A stretch of 64,000 nucleotides of DNA from Candidatus Nomurabacteria bacterium (lineage in GTDB: Bacteria > Patescibacteriota > Minisyncoccia > Phycocordibacterales > UBA1006), in the NCBI GenBank assembly GCA_020632195.1, contig JACKGA010000003.1, positions 3,832-67,831 on the forward strand, read 5' to 3'. This document shows, piece by piece, positions 1-9,179 of the stretch (its first letter is position 1; each line of letters opens with the position of its first letter). The notes under the pieces were generated by a model, which saw only the letters and a program-made list of their open reading frames with translations, searched no databases and was not told the DNA's origin. Made by a program: the position numbers and the translations under genes.

Positions 1-1142
1 TCCTCATGTTGCTGAAAGCGACACTCTTGCTTGCCATCATGTATCTAATCTCAAAAGAAATTATTCCACGCATTGGTACCTTTATGGAACGATCTCAAGA
101 ACTGTTGTTTCTTTTTACCATTGCTTGGGGGTTAGGTATTTCTGCGCTCTTCTATATCGCCGGTTTTAGTATTGAAAGTGGCGCACTGGTTGCTGGGATT
201 TCACTTGCAACACTTCCCTCTCGACGCGAAGTCTCGGCACGCCTGACACCCTTGCGTGATTTTTTCATTATTATGTTCTTTGTACTCTTGGGAGCTCAGA
301 TGGATTTTGGCACCATTGGACCTCTTATTCCATCGGCGCTTATTCTTTCGGCTCTAGTCCTTATTGGGAATCCGCTCATTCTCATGACTATTATGGGACT
401 CCTCGGTTACAAGAAAAAAACAAGTCTGCAAACAGGTTTTACCGTTGCGCAGATTAGTGAGTTTTCTCTGATTGTTATTGCTCTGGGTGCAAAAATTGGG
501 CACTTGAACAACGATGTGGTGTCGCTCGTTACCTTGGTCGGGCTTATTACTATTTTTGGCTCGACCTATCTTATTTCCTATTCTGATCAGATTTATTATG
601 CGCTTGAAAAGTATCTCTCTATTTTTGAACGTAAAGAAACACGACAAGATACTGATGAATATGAAGCGTATGACATCATTCTATTTGGTGCAGGACGTGT
701 CGGGCAAAAATTTCATGAGCTGTTTCAAAAAGATTCTATTTCGCATCTCATTATTGACCAAAATCCTGATATTATTGAAAAGCTCAGAACACAAGGATTG
801 AATGTTGTATACGGCGATGGGTCAAATATTACCTTTATAGAAGAGCTGAATTTCAATGATGCTAAAATTGTCATCTCAACGGTTCCTGATAATGCTATGA
901 ATGCGATTATTTTTGATGTAACTCGCCGTGCACATCCCGATACGCTCTTTGTAGCAACCGCTACGACCAAAGACGAGGCTCTTGAAATGTACGAAATGGG
1001 TGTTGACTATGTCATTATGCCTCATCTCTTGGGATCACAGCATGCTGCATCATTGTTCGAGCAGTATATGTTCCAGCGTGATGGTTATGACATGATGCGT
1101 CACCACCATCTCAATGAATTGAGAAGTCATGACGTGGTGTAA
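1..1142 (+). CDS. Cation:proton antiporter (CPA2/Kef-like), C-terminal part with RCK/TrkA-N domain; 5' end cut by window edge
   Basis: Frame open to base 1; about 190 aa of TM helices, then Rossmann motif ILFGAGRVGQKF and an RCK-like tail; stop at 1140-1142. Confidence 0.75.
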   Translation, partial: LMLLKATLLLAIMYLISKEIIPRIGTFMERSQELLFLFTIAWGLGISALFYIAGFSIESGALVAGISLATLPSRREVSARLTPLRDFFIIMFFVLLGAQMDFGTIGPLIPSALILSALVLIGNPLILMTIMGLLGYKKKTSLQTGFTVAQISEFSLIVIALGAKIGHLNNDVVSLVTLVGLITIFGSTYLISYSDQIYYALEKYLSIFERKETRQDTDEYEAYDIILFGAGRVGQKFHELFQKDSISHLIIDQNPDIIEKLRTQGLNVVYGDGSNITFIEELNFNDAKIVISTVPDNAMNAIIFDVTRRAHPDTLFVATATTKDEALEMYEMGVDYVIMPHLLGSQHAASLFEQYMFQRDGYDMMRHHHLNELRSHDVV

Positions 1143-1163
1143 AAATAGTTTTTTAAATATATC

Positions 1164-1191
1164 AAAACCACATCATTGCTGATGTGGTTTT
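1164..1191. terminator. Bidirectional intrinsic terminator between convergent genes
   Basis: aaaaccacatca-ttgc-tgatgtggtttt: 10-bp stem flanked by an A-run and a T-run. Confidence 0.7.
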
Positions 1192-1213
1192 AACCATAAT
1201 GTAAGCAAAAAGA

Positions 1214-1441
1214 TTATTTCTTTTTTGCTGGAGCTTTTTTAGCTGCTGGTTTTTTAGCTACCTTTTTAGGAGCGGCCTTTTTTACAGCTTTTTTTGCTGG
1301 AGCCTTTTTGGCTGGCTTTTTAGCTGCTACTTTCTTGACAGGCTTCTTTGCTGCTGGCTTTTTAGGAGCGGCCTTTTTTACAGCTTTTTTTGCTGGAGCC
1401 TTTTTGGCTGGCTTTTTAGCTGCTGGTTTTTTTGTTGCCAT
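1214..1441 (-). CDS. Lys/Ala-rich histone H1-like (Hc1/AlgP-like) basic DNA-binding protein
   Basis: MATKKPAAKKPAKKAPAKKAVKKAAPKK... built almost only of K/A/P/V repeats; ATG at 1441 chosen because it follows the -10 box at 1458-1463; the ORF-track start at 1486 lies inside the -35 box. Confidence 0.7.
   Translation of the reverse strand: MATKKPAAKKPAKKAPAKKAVKKAAPKKPAAKKPVKKVAAKKPAKKAPAKKAVKKAAPKKVAKKPAAKKAPAKKK
1262..1424. repeat. Direct repeat with 96-nt period inside the H1-like gene (67 nt identical: 1262-1328 and 1358-1424)
   Basis: The two copies read base-for-base identical; they encode the duplicated AAKKPAKKAPAKKAVKKAAPKK block. Confidence 0.85.
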
Positions 1442-1457
1442 AGTGCTGGATACATAC

Positions 1458-1486
1458 ATTGTATGTATATCAATCACCGACTGCAA
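1458..1486 (-). promoter_or_regulatory. Sigma70-like promoter of the H1-like gene
   Basis: Minus strand TTGCAG (1486-1481), 17-nt spacer, TACAAT (1463-1458), 16 nt before the ATG. Confidence 0.45.
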
Positions 1487-1666
1487 ACATAAATAATAAA
1501 AACAATCGGCGAGCCTGTCGACTCAGGTTACCTACATTGTAAAATGATGTCTGAAAGAAGTAAACAAAAAAAGAGTTGTGGAAAAAATATTTTTTGTTTT
1601 TTATACATAAAGAAATATTTTGAAAACATCTTTACTCTCTGCATGCGATAGGTTATCCTAGCGCGC

Positions 1667-3127
1667 ATGGCAAAAAACGACAGTATCATAAAATTTGATG
1701 AGGTGTCCTTTCACTATGAACTTGCAAAACCGATTATGAAATCGGCAAGCTTTTCATTGCGACGTGGTGCCAAGGTAACGCTCATGGGGCAAAACGGCGC
1801 TGGAAAAAGTACGTTGTTCAAGCTCTTGACCGACGAAATCAAACCTGAGGATGGACGCATCATTATGGCGCCACGATTGTCCGTTGCTATCTCACGCCAA
1901 GTGGTCCCACGCGATCAGCTCGATGATTCGGTGCGTGATTTTTTCCAATCAATGTTTATTGAAACAATCTATGATATAGATAAAAGAATAAAGGAAATTC
2001 TCGAAGTCGTGCATCTGCCACTTACTGAGGCTGATTATGACAAACCGATGCGTAATTTTTCGGGTGGACAACAGGCACGGCTCTTGCTTGCCTCTGCCTT
2101 GATTCAGGAACCTGATTTACTCCTTCTCGATGAGCCAACCAACAATCTCGATACTGCTGGCATCGAACACCTAACCACATTCTTGCAAGAATATACCAAA
2201 ACGGTTGTGGTGATTTCTCATGATGCTGACTTTTTAAATGCTTTTACCGAAGGGGTCTTATATCTTGATGTGTACTCAAAAACAATCGAACAATATGTTG
2301 GTGACTATTATGATGTATTGGAACAAGTTGGTATCCGTATCGAAAAAGAAAAACGAAAAAACGCCCGCCTGGAAAAAAGTATTCAAGATAAGAAAGACAA
2401 GGCTAATTTCTTTGCAAAAAAAGGAGGTCGCTTGCGTGCTATTGCCAAGCAGATGCGCGAAGAAGCCGCCGAAGCTGAAGAAAATAAAGTAGACGTCCGC
2501 AAAGATGATAAAACTATTCGTGATTTCATAATCCCGTGCCAGGAAGACTTCGTCGGTGAGGCTGTAAAAATTACTTCATTCACACGCCTTAAGAATGGAA
2601 AAATTACTACGCGCGAAGCAGATGTTTCTCTGCGTCGGAATATGCGCCTATTGCTCGTGGGACCCAATGGAATCGGCAAAAGCACGCTTCTGGAATCATT
2701 AGCAACCGGTACTGCCGATGGAGCACGCCTGAATCCTGATGTACGCGTCGGATATTATCGTCAGGATTTCTCGACGCTCAATTTTGATGATACGGTTTTT
2801 GAATCACTTGCAGGAGTAATGGAACGCGTGGACCAAGAACGATTGCGTAGTGTAGCTGCAAGCTTCCTTATTACCAAAGAGCTGATTAATAATAAAATTG
2901 GAAGCTTGTCAGAAGGACAAAAAGGTCTTGTTGCTTTTGCGCGCCTGGTACTCCAGCGCCCAGGACTCCTTATCCTCGATGAACCGACGAACCATATCAA
3001 CTTCCGCCACCTACCTATCATCGCCAAAGCGCTGGATCAGTACCAAGGAGCAATGATTATGGTATCTCACGTATCCGAATTCGTTGAACAGATTCGTATT
3101 GATGAAGTATTAGATTTAGGGAAATAA
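1667..3127 (+). CDS. ABC-F family ATPase (two ABC cassettes, no TM domain; translation-factor type)
   Basis: Walker A GQNGAGKST and GPNGIGKST; signatures FSGGQQ and LSEGQK; Walker B LLLLDEPTN and LLILDEPTN; basic coiled linker between cassettes. Confidence 0.85.
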   Translation: MAKNDSIIKFDEVSFHYELAKPIMKSASFSLRRGAKVTLMGQNGAGKSTLFKLLTDEIKPEDGRIIMAPRLSVAISRQVVPRDQLDDSVRDFFQSMFIETIYDIDKRIKEILEVVHLPLTEADYDKPMRNFSGGQQARLLLASALIQEPDLLLLDEPTNNLDTAGIEHLTTFLQEYTKTVVVISHDADFLNAFTEGVLYLDVYSKTIEQYVGDYYDVLEQVGIRIEKEKRKNARLEKSIQDKKDKANFFAKKGGRLRAIAKQMREEAAEAEENKVDVRKDDKTIRDFIIPCQEDFVGEAVKITSFTRLKNGKITTREADVSLRRNMRLLLVGPNGIGKSTLLESLATGTADGARLNPDVRVGYYRQDFSTLNFDDTVFESLAGVMERVDQERLRSVAASFLITKELINNKIGSLSEGQKGLVAFARLVLQRPGLLILDEPTNHINFRHLPIIAKALDQYQGAMIMVSHVSEFVEQIRIDEVLDLGK

Positions 3128-3156
3128 AAAACCGAAACAATTGTTTCGGTTTTTTA
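3127..3156. terminator. Bidirectional intrinsic terminator
   Basis: aaaaaccgaaacaattgtttcggtttttt: perfect palindrome with A/T runs. Confidence 0.75.
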
Positions 3157-3176
3157 AATCATCTTCTTAAAATTTA

Positions 3177-3539
3177 TTAAACTGGAGAGGAGGTCTTGTC
3201 CCAAACAAGTTTCATATCTTTTAAGTAACCCTGTGACATGGTTACAAGAATTTTACCTGTTTTGATCGGACTTTTAAATTCCTCAAAAAAATCTTTTCTT
3301 GAATCTGGACGTAAAGTATTTTCATACGCTGTCCAATCACGTTCATTTTGAAGCTCAATAATATAGATTATATGGTCTCGCCCTTCCGATGAATTGGTTG
3401 GCATTTCCATAAAACTAAAGAATAGTCCTGTTTTTGCCAAGCGGGGGAAATGTTTTTCTTCTAAGAATTCCTTTAGTCCGTTCGTAAAGCTAGGAACAAC
3501 TGAAAAAGCAATTATCCAGTAAAATTTTCTTTTTGACAT
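3177..3539 (-). CDS. Hypothetical protein (possibly dimeric alpha/beta-barrel, DUF4286-like)
   Basis: ORF from MSKRKFYWIIAF...; start moved to the internal ATG at 3539; family guess from the pattern W..V....F..WL.E.H.P only. Confidence 0.45.
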   Translation of the reverse strand: MSKRKFYWIIAFSVVPSFTNGLKEFLEEKHFPRLAKTGLFFSFMEMPTNSSEGRDHIIYIIELQNERDWTAYENTLRPDSRKDFFEEFKSPIKTGKILVTMSQGYLKDMKLVWDKTSSPV

Positions 3540-3616
3540 GGTTTTAAATTTTGACGGTGAAAAAATATTTATTTCCAAAATACAACATATATACAAATAA
3601 TGCAAATGTCTTTCTG

Positions 3617-3625
3617 TGGTATAAT
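3617..3625 (+). promoter_or_regulatory. Extended -10 promoter (TGgTATAAT) 9 nt before the ATG of the PhnA-like gene
   Basis: tggtataat at 3617-3625, ATG at 3635; implies a leaderless or near-leaderless mRNA. Confidence 0.5.
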
Positions 3626-3634
3626 CTTTCCCAT

Positions 3635-3865
3635 ATGCAAAACGAAGAAACACAAACAGTAGACGCCTATGGAAATGTGCTCGCCTATGGTGACACGATT
3701 ATGCTGACCAAAGCATTAGACGTGCGCGGGACGAAGGTCAATCTCAAAAAAGGAACAGTTATCAAAAATATTCGATTGACTGATAACCCCGAAGAGATCG
3801 AATGCTCAGCACCGGGAGTAAAGGGGCTCGTACTACGAACTGAATTTGTAAAAAAGAAAAAATGA
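3635..3865 (+). CDS. PhnA C-terminal-domain protein (no zinc-ribbon N-domain)
   Basis: VDAYGNVLAYGDTIMLTKALDVRGTKVNLKKGTVIKNIRL...LRTEFVKKK matches the PhnA C-domain pattern. Confidence 0.7.
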   Translation: MQNEETQTVDAYGNVLAYGDTIMLTKALDVRGTKVNLKKGTVIKNIRLTDNPEEIECSAPGVKGLVLRTEFVKKKK

Positions 3866-4403
3866 ACTACCCCGAGGCAGAGCCATCGGGGTATCATTGT
3901 TTTAGAAGAGCATTGGTTGTTCTGAATGGAGTTGTTGGTAGTTATCCAATCCTTGATTCTGAACATAATTAGTGATCATATCAAGATTACCGAACTGTCC
4001 TACGGTATTAGCGTAGTAACCCGATGACCAGAATGTACCTCCCCACAGAAACTCTTTCACCTCTGTGTGGTGGGTAAAGATATATTTTGCAGTAATACTT
4101 TTGATTTTCGTGACGATTTTTGAAAAAGATTGGTTTGGAGTAGTTTGAAGAAGAAAATGAACATGGTCTTCATCTATACCTATTTCAAGAAAGTGTATTT
4201 CATATGCTGGGCCAAACTCCAAACATATCTTTTTCAGTGTTTGTGATACGTCGTCGGTGAAAACCTTTCTGCGGTATTTTACTGGACATACTAAGTGGTA
4301 GATCAAGAGTGTTCTATTATGTGACTTTGATATGTGTTTTGGTTTCATTGTTTTTAGTGTAACAGAAAACCGACCTAGAAGGTCGGGGAATTAACCGAGG
4401 GGA
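3866..4403 (-). mobile_element. IS200/IS605-family insertion sequence (tnpA only, no tnpB)
   Basis: Y1 transposase gene flanked by hairpins TACCCCGA-n10-TCGGGGTA (3868-3893) and CCGACC-tagaa-GGTCGG (4370-4386); TCGGGG recurs at both ends; boundaries approximate. Confidence 0.7.
3902..4348 (-). CDS. tnpA: IS200/IS605 family transposase TnpA (Y1 HUH transposase)
   Basis: YHLVCPVKYRRKVF, HVHFLL (HUH) and YYANTVG (catalytic Tyr region); 148 aa, typical size. Confidence 0.9.
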   Translation of the reverse strand: MKPKHISKSHNRTLLIYHLVCPVKYRRKVFTDDVSQTLKKICLEFGPAYEIHFLEIGIDEDHVHFLLQTTPNQSFSKIVTKIKSITAKYIFTHHTEVKEFLWGGTFWSSGYYANTVGQFGNLDMITNYVQNQGLDNYQQLHSEQPMLF

Positions 4404-4480
4404 TTAAAAAAATACCGCTATAGTAAAGCAAATATGATACGTATATAAACTAACCCTATATCCAAATATTTACAAAGGTC

Positions 4481-6145
4481 TTATTTTTTATCAAAAAAGA
4501 GGCGAGCAATTTTTAGCTCTTGAAATGAATATTTATCTTTCAAAATACTTTTTACTGGCGTGAGTGTTACTTTCCCTGTTTTTTCAAATTCTTCTTGAAA
4601 AGCACTCGTAATAATTTCAAGATCTTTTTTCTTTGGCCGTATATGCTCGATATCCTCGAGAGATAGAGATCTATTCTCAGTTAATTTTTCTATATGACTC
4701 GTAATAGTCTCGATAGCTAGTTCGCGTTCCTTGGCAGTCTGCTGGATGTCCTTTCCTTCCAGAATACACTTTTTAGTTTGTTCATAGGTTGTAGAGGTGT
4801 TCTTTTTCTCTTTTTTTTCAACTTTTTCAAGAGATCCTCCTGTATGAATAATAAATTTGTGATGACTTTCCGTAATACTTTCACTGTCTTTTGTTTCGGT
4901 ATAGTCACGGAGTGTAGCTGAATGGCGTTGGAATTGTTTGTCCCGTACCTTAACCTTGGGGTGTACCAAAAGTGCGTGCTGATTGAACCCAGCCAGATAG
5001 AGCCCTTCGAGGGATCGTACACGTGAGAGCGCTACATACCCCTGTCCATATTCAAAAACATTCGAAAGATCCATATATGCCGCATCGAGACTCATCCCTT
5101 GTGATTTATGGACTGTAATTGCCCACGCGAGACGCAGGGGAATCTGTTCGATAGAAGCCAGTACCGTATCGCCATCGTGCATCGCCCAGATTGCAGGAGA
5201 AATGACACTCTCTCGCCCATCGCGTGTCTGGATGATCGGATATTCATCGTGCTCATCAAAGCCAACAACGGTTCCCAGAGTCCCGTTGGCATATCCTGCT
5301 TCAAAATTATTTTTGGTACACATAACCAAGGCACCGATTTTGAGTGTCAGTGTTGCTGGAGAAAGACATGAATTTTTTAACCGATCGACATTTGTCTTGG
5401 ATCCTTTTGACGACATCGTATAGAATACCTCTTCGGTGTCCAAAGCATCAAGTTCGGATTGATTGAGCGCATCTACATCTGCATTGTGCGTATATAAGTG
5501 CGTCACGTGATCTTCTGGTATAGAAGATGTATATCGATCTTCGAGTAGTGACCAGTCCTCTTCTAACTCTCCCGTACGAATACGTCCGAGGATATCAAGA
5601 AGATTACTATCATCTTGGCGATATTGTTCATCCAGATAGCATGTAAGGAACTTTGCTTCACCCCAAGCTTGTGATTCAAAAGCAAACGACACCGACTCTT
5701 CGCCGCGTGATACAGGAGGTAATTGAAAAAAATCTCCCACAACGATCATCTGCATACCACCAAAAGGCTTTTCGGTACGCTTAAATGCTTTGGCAAGTTC
5801 ATTGACTGCATTTAGCCCATGCGCATCAAGCATAGAAATTTCATCAATGATGAGTACTTTGGTTTTTTCATAGCGCTTCCAAAGGTATTGTTTAGTCTGG
5901 AGATTATCAATATCCCACTCGCTCAATTGTTTTTTGATACCCATACCGCTCCATGAGTGGATCGTCACACCTCCAATATGCGTAGCAGCAATACCTGTCG
6001 ATGCAGTCACCGCAACAGGAATATCGTGTTCATGAAGGTATTCAATATATTGATTGAGTACATATGTTTTTCCTGCCCCCGGTGCACCTGTCAGAAAAAC
6101 ATTCGCCCCCGTTTTGAGAATATCAAGTGCCTGAGATTGTTTCAT
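4481..6145 (-). CDS. Pif1/RecD-family ATP-dependent DNA helicase with C-terminal HTH domain
   Basis: Walker A GAPGAGKTY, IIDEISML, VGDFFQLPPV, AITVHKSQG, then a C-terminal helical HTH-like tail. Confidence 0.85.
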   Translation of the reverse strand: MKQSQALDILKTGANVFLTGAPGAGKTYVLNQYIEYLHEHDIPVAVTASTGIAATHIGGVTIHSWSGMGIKKQLSEWDIDNLQTKQYLWKRYEKTKVLIIDEISMLDAHGLNAVNELAKAFKRTEKPFGGMQMIVVGDFFQLPPVSRGEESVSFAFESQAWGEAKFLTCYLDEQYRQDDSNLLDILGRIRTGELEEDWSLLEDRYTSSIPEDHVTHLYTHNADVDALNQSELDALDTEEVFYTMSSKGSKTNVDRLKNSCLSPATLTLKIGALVMCTKNNFEAGYANGTLGTVVGFDEHDEYPIIQTRDGRESVISPAIWAMHDGDTVLASIEQIPLRLAWAITVHKSQGMSLDAAYMDLSNVFEYGQGYVALSRVRSLEGLYLAGFNQHALLVHPKVKVRDKQFQRHSATLRDYTETKDSESITESHHKFIIHTGGSLEKVEKKEKKNTSTTYEQTKKCILEGKDIQQTAKERELAIETITSHIEKLTENRSLSLEDIEHIRPKKKDLEIITSAFQEEFEKTGKVTLTPVKSILKDKYSFQELKIARLFFDKK

Positions 6146-6181
6146 GATACTGAGTATATCAGTTTTTCTTTTTAAAGAAAT

Positions 6182-6210
6182 TTGACTTTATTAAAAAAAT
6201 ATACTACTAT
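6182..6210 (+). promoter_or_regulatory. Sigma70-like promoter of the DEAD-box helicase gene (implies a roughly 125-nt 5' UTR)
   Basis: TTGACT (6182-6187), 17-nt spacer, TACTAT (6205-6210). Confidence 0.4.
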
Positions 6211-6341
6211 TCATCTAGCTTTTGAAACTTGTGTAGGGCTTGGGAGCGGATAGCATGCATCTCATCTAGAGAAGGTGCTGGATTTATTACTTACCTGCAC
6301 AGCCCCGAGACGTCTAACCTTGTCTCGAGAAAAATTTTTAT

Positions 6342-7673
6342 ATGGAAAAAACTTACAGCCGATCCTCGTCTTCACGAGGACAGTCTTCTCGTCGAAATAC
6401 TCGTAGTAACGGAGGCTCATCAGATACTTCGCCACAAAAAAACAAACGTCGTCGTCCTGCATCGAGCCGGGGCGGTGCTCGTCGTGGAAAAGGAGGAGGT
6501 TCATCTCGCACACCATCATCTACTAGTACACGAGGAGGAAATCGATCACGCAGAGGGCGCGTGATTCCCACTTTTGACCCATCACAGTTCATCAATACCA
6601 ATCCTATAGAGTTAAAAGAAGAGGTCTATACGGCACGTCATGCTTTTGCTGATTTTGACCTTGATACAGAGGTACTTTCTCACTTGAAACGAATGGGAAT
6701 TATTACCCCGAGCCCTATTCAGGATCAGACTATTATTCCTGGGCTCGAGGGGCGCGATGTCGTAGGGCTCGCTGAAACTGGCACGGGTAAAACTGCCGCG
6801 TTCCTGCTCCCCCTTATCCACAAGACACTTAAAGATAGAAAGAGTTATTCTCTGATCCTTGCCCCGACGCGTGAGCTCGCTATTCAGATTGCAGATGAAT
6901 TGCGCAATCTTACGCGGGGAATGAAAATCTTCTCGGTTACCTGCGTCGGTGGTATGAATATTCGCCCACAGATACAGCAATTGCGTCGTCACCATCATTT
7001 CGTCATTGGTACACCGGGGCGTGTCCTTGATCTTATCAATCGCGACAATATCCAAGCATCACGTTTTGGCGCAATTGTCCTCGATGAAGCTGACCGCATG
7101 CTCGACATGGGATTCATTCATGATATCCGTGCTATTTTGAAATCCACCCCAAACAATCGTCAAACATTGTTCTTCTCTGCAACCATGGATGATAGGACAG
7201 AAACTCTGATTCATGAGTTTCTCAAAGACCCAGTCATTGTTTCCGTAAAGAAAAAAGATGTCACGAACAGTATCGAGCAAAATATTGTACCTCACGGACA
7301 TCACAACAAATTTGAAACACTTACCGATCTTTTCAAAGATCCTTCTTTTGATCGTGTCATTATCTTTGGCGCTATGAAACACAGTGTCGAAAAACTCTCC
7401 CAAGAACTCTCACGCGCAGGTATCCGAGCGAATTCTATCCATGGAAATAAAAATCACCGCCAGCGCGTACGTGCTCTAGATGACTTCAAAAAAGGTGAAG
7501 CACGTGTCCTGGTAGCCACGGATGTAGCAGCACGTGGTATTCATGTTGATGATGTATCACATGTGATCAACTATGACCTCCCACAGACATTCGAAGATTA
7601 CGTACACCGCATTGGGCGAACCGGTCGCGGTAAAAAGAAAGGAAAAGCATTAACCTTTGTACATGAAAAATAG
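6342..7673 (+). CDS. DEAD-box ATP-dependent RNA helicase with N-terminal Arg/Ser/Gly-rich tail
   Basis: Q-motif PSPIQ, AETGTGKT, PTRELA, DEAD, SAT, HRIGRTGR; the first ~75 aa are R/S/G low complexity. Confidence 0.9.
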   Translation: MEKTYSRSSSSRGQSSRRNTRSNGGSSDTSPQKNKRRRPASSRGGARRGKGGGSSRTPSSTSTRGGNRSRRGRVIPTFDPSQFINTNPIELKEEVYTARHAFADFDLDTEVLSHLKRMGIITPSPIQDQTIIPGLEGRDVVGLAETGTGKTAAFLLPLIHKTLKDRKSYSLILAPTRELAIQIADELRNLTRGMKIFSVTCVGGMNIRPQIQQLRRHHHFVIGTPGRVLDLINRDNIQASRFGAIVLDEADRMLDMGFIHDIRAILKSTPNNRQTLFFSATMDDRTETLIHEFLKDPVIVSVKKKDVTNSIEQNIVPHGHHNKFETLTDLFKDPSFDRVIIFGAMKHSVEKLSQELSRAGIRANSIHGNKNHRQRVRALDDFKKGEARVLVATDVAARGIHVDDVSHVINYDLPQTFEDYVHRIGRTGRGKKKGKALTFVHEK

Positions 7674-7680
7674 TGTAGCG

Positions 7681-7706
7681 AAAAACACCTGTGTGGGTGT
7701 TTTTTG
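7681..7706. terminator. Bidirectional intrinsic terminator
   Basis: aaaaacacct-gtgt-gggtgttttt. Confidence 0.65.
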
Positions 7707-7724
7707 CTAGGAATACAGGCAGTC

Positions 7725-8879
7725 TTAGAAACATTCCTTAAACTTTTTTACTAGCTCGTCTTTCTCTCCCAGCCCAGCTTTCTCTGCAAAAACAAGCCCC
7801 CTCTCAAGGACATCTTGATTCATCCCGCGCCCTAATTCTTTGATTTTATAAACAGAGTTAGTTATCAAGCTAAACATATCGAGAGGAACGACGTCGTCAG
7901 AATTTAATTTATCAAATGCACTATAAACAAGAGAAGCGAGCCCTTGAGCATTACCAGCCTCAGAAAAAGCCTTGGCTGAATTGTAATAATTATTATAACT
8001 TGGTTCTTCTTCTGCTCTCTCAAACATTTTTTGTGCCACATCCTTCATGGCTCCAGTAACATTCTTATCCATAGAGACAGCTTCTTGTGCTAATTCAAAG
8101 GCATAATCAAGATGTCCTTCTCTAAGATGCCTTGAAGACATCTCATTAAAACCCATTGCATTACCAGCTAGTTTAAAAGCCTTTTCTGCAAGCATAGAAT
8201 CTATAGGTATTAGACTGCGACCAAATTCGGAAAGTGCATTATTATTACCAAGTAATTCATAAGCCTGCATTGCCTTTTGTAGAGTATCGCTAAATTTATT
8301 AGGGTCATCAGGATTTGCCTTATATTGTGAGAGTAGTCTTTCCTTATTTAAATCTGCATATTCTTTCAAGCTCTTGTCTATATTATAGATAAGCTCTTTT
8401 GCCTCAGGCCCATCTAACTTTTCAGCAACTCCTTTGGCCTGGCTAATTTTTCTAAAATCTATATTAGATATCCATAACCCATTACCTGTTACAGACTCTT
8501 GAAAAAGCTTTCCTGCATCATCTAGTAAATTCTCTCCCTGCTCTGCTTGCCCTCGATTCTCAACCCCCTCTATCTCCCCCTCAGCCCCCTCAACCACCTC
8601 CTTCATTTCTTCCTGCACCGGCTCGACACGTTCTTGTAATTCTGCTGAATCACCACCGAGCTCTTCGACCTGCGGTGTAGCTTCTTCTACTTCTTGTTCT
8701 GCTGATTGTTCTTGATTCTTGAGGTTGTCGATAGCCTCCTGAGCCATCTGAGCGACATCTTCATAGAAGCCACTTTCAGCATCATTTCTGATGGCTTCGA
8801 GTTCTTCTGTATTTCCTTGTTCTTGTGCTGCTTTAATCTGATCTTCTAATGCTTGTTGGATTGGGTCTTTTGAATTCAT
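7725..8879 (-). CDS. Hypothetical protein: acidic N-terminal half, helical-repeat C-terminal half
   Basis: 384-aa ORF, no recognisable motif; E/Q-rich N-terminus. Confidence 0.55.
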   Translation of the reverse strand: MNSKDPIQQALEDQIKAAQEQGNTEELEAIRNDAESGFYEDVAQMAQEAIDNLKNQEQSAEQEVEEATPQVEELGGDSAELQERVEPVQEEMKEVVEGAEGEIEGVENRGQAEQGENLLDDAGKLFQESVTGNGLWISNIDFRKISQAKGVAEKLDGPEAKELIYNIDKSLKEYADLNKERLLSQYKANPDDPNKFSDTLQKAMQAYELLGNNNALSEFGRSLIPIDSMLAEKAFKLAGNAMGFNEMSSRHLREGHLDYAFELAQEAVSMDKNVTGAMKDVAQKMFERAEEEPSYNNYYNSAKAFSEAGNAQGLASLVYSAFDKLNSDDVVPLDMFSLITNSVYKIKELGRGMNQDVLERGLVFAEKAGLGEKDELVKKFKECF

Positions 8880-8893
8880 ATCGTTGGTAAGAA

Positions 8894-9067
8894 TTATTGT
8901 TGATAATTTTGACTAATATTTTGACGCAATGCCTGCATCTTTTCCTCTTCAAGCTCTTTGATATATCCTTGGATAATATCGTGTTGCTTTTGGGCGAGGA
9001 GTTGTAGCTTTTCTTGGGCATTTTGATAAATTTCTTCTATTTTTTTGGCTTTTTCTTGATTATCCAT
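8894..9067 (-). CDS. Small coiled-coil protein (57 aa, below the ORF-track cutoff)
   Basis: Hand translation MDNQEKAKKIEEIYQNAQEKLQLLAQKQHDIIQGYIKELEEEKMQALRQNISQNYQQ; GGAG 8 nt upstream; consensus promoter just upstream; ends 14 nt before the next gene. Confidence 0.45.
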   Translation of the reverse strand: MDNQEKAKKIEEIYQNAQEKLQLLAQKQHDIIQGYIKELEEEKMQALRQNISQNYQQ

Positions 9068-9079
9068 ATGTACATCTCC

Positions 9080-9108
9080 ATTTTACCCCCCCGCATATGG
9101 GGTGTCAA
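9080..9108 (-). promoter_or_regulatory. Near-consensus sigma70 promoter
   Basis: Minus strand TTGACA (9108-9103), 17-nt spacer, TAAAAT (9085-9080), then GGAG and ATG. Confidence 0.55.
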
Positions 9109-9125
9109 TGAAAAAATAACCTAGC

Positions 9126-9157
9126 AAAAAAACACCCTGGACCCTGGGTGTTTTTTT
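9126..9157. terminator. Bidirectional intrinsic terminator
   Basis: aaaaaaacaccc-tggaccct-gggtgttttttt. Confidence 0.65.
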
Positions 9158-9179
9158 GTTCGTAATTTAAAAATGGAAA

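Noticed and set aside
8833-9021. 62-aa minus-strand ORF overlapping the start of the 384-aa gene
   Set aside because: It is out of frame with, and overlaps, the better-supported gene. The hand-found 57-aa ORF (8894-9067) has a promoter, a GGAG and a non-overlapping layout.
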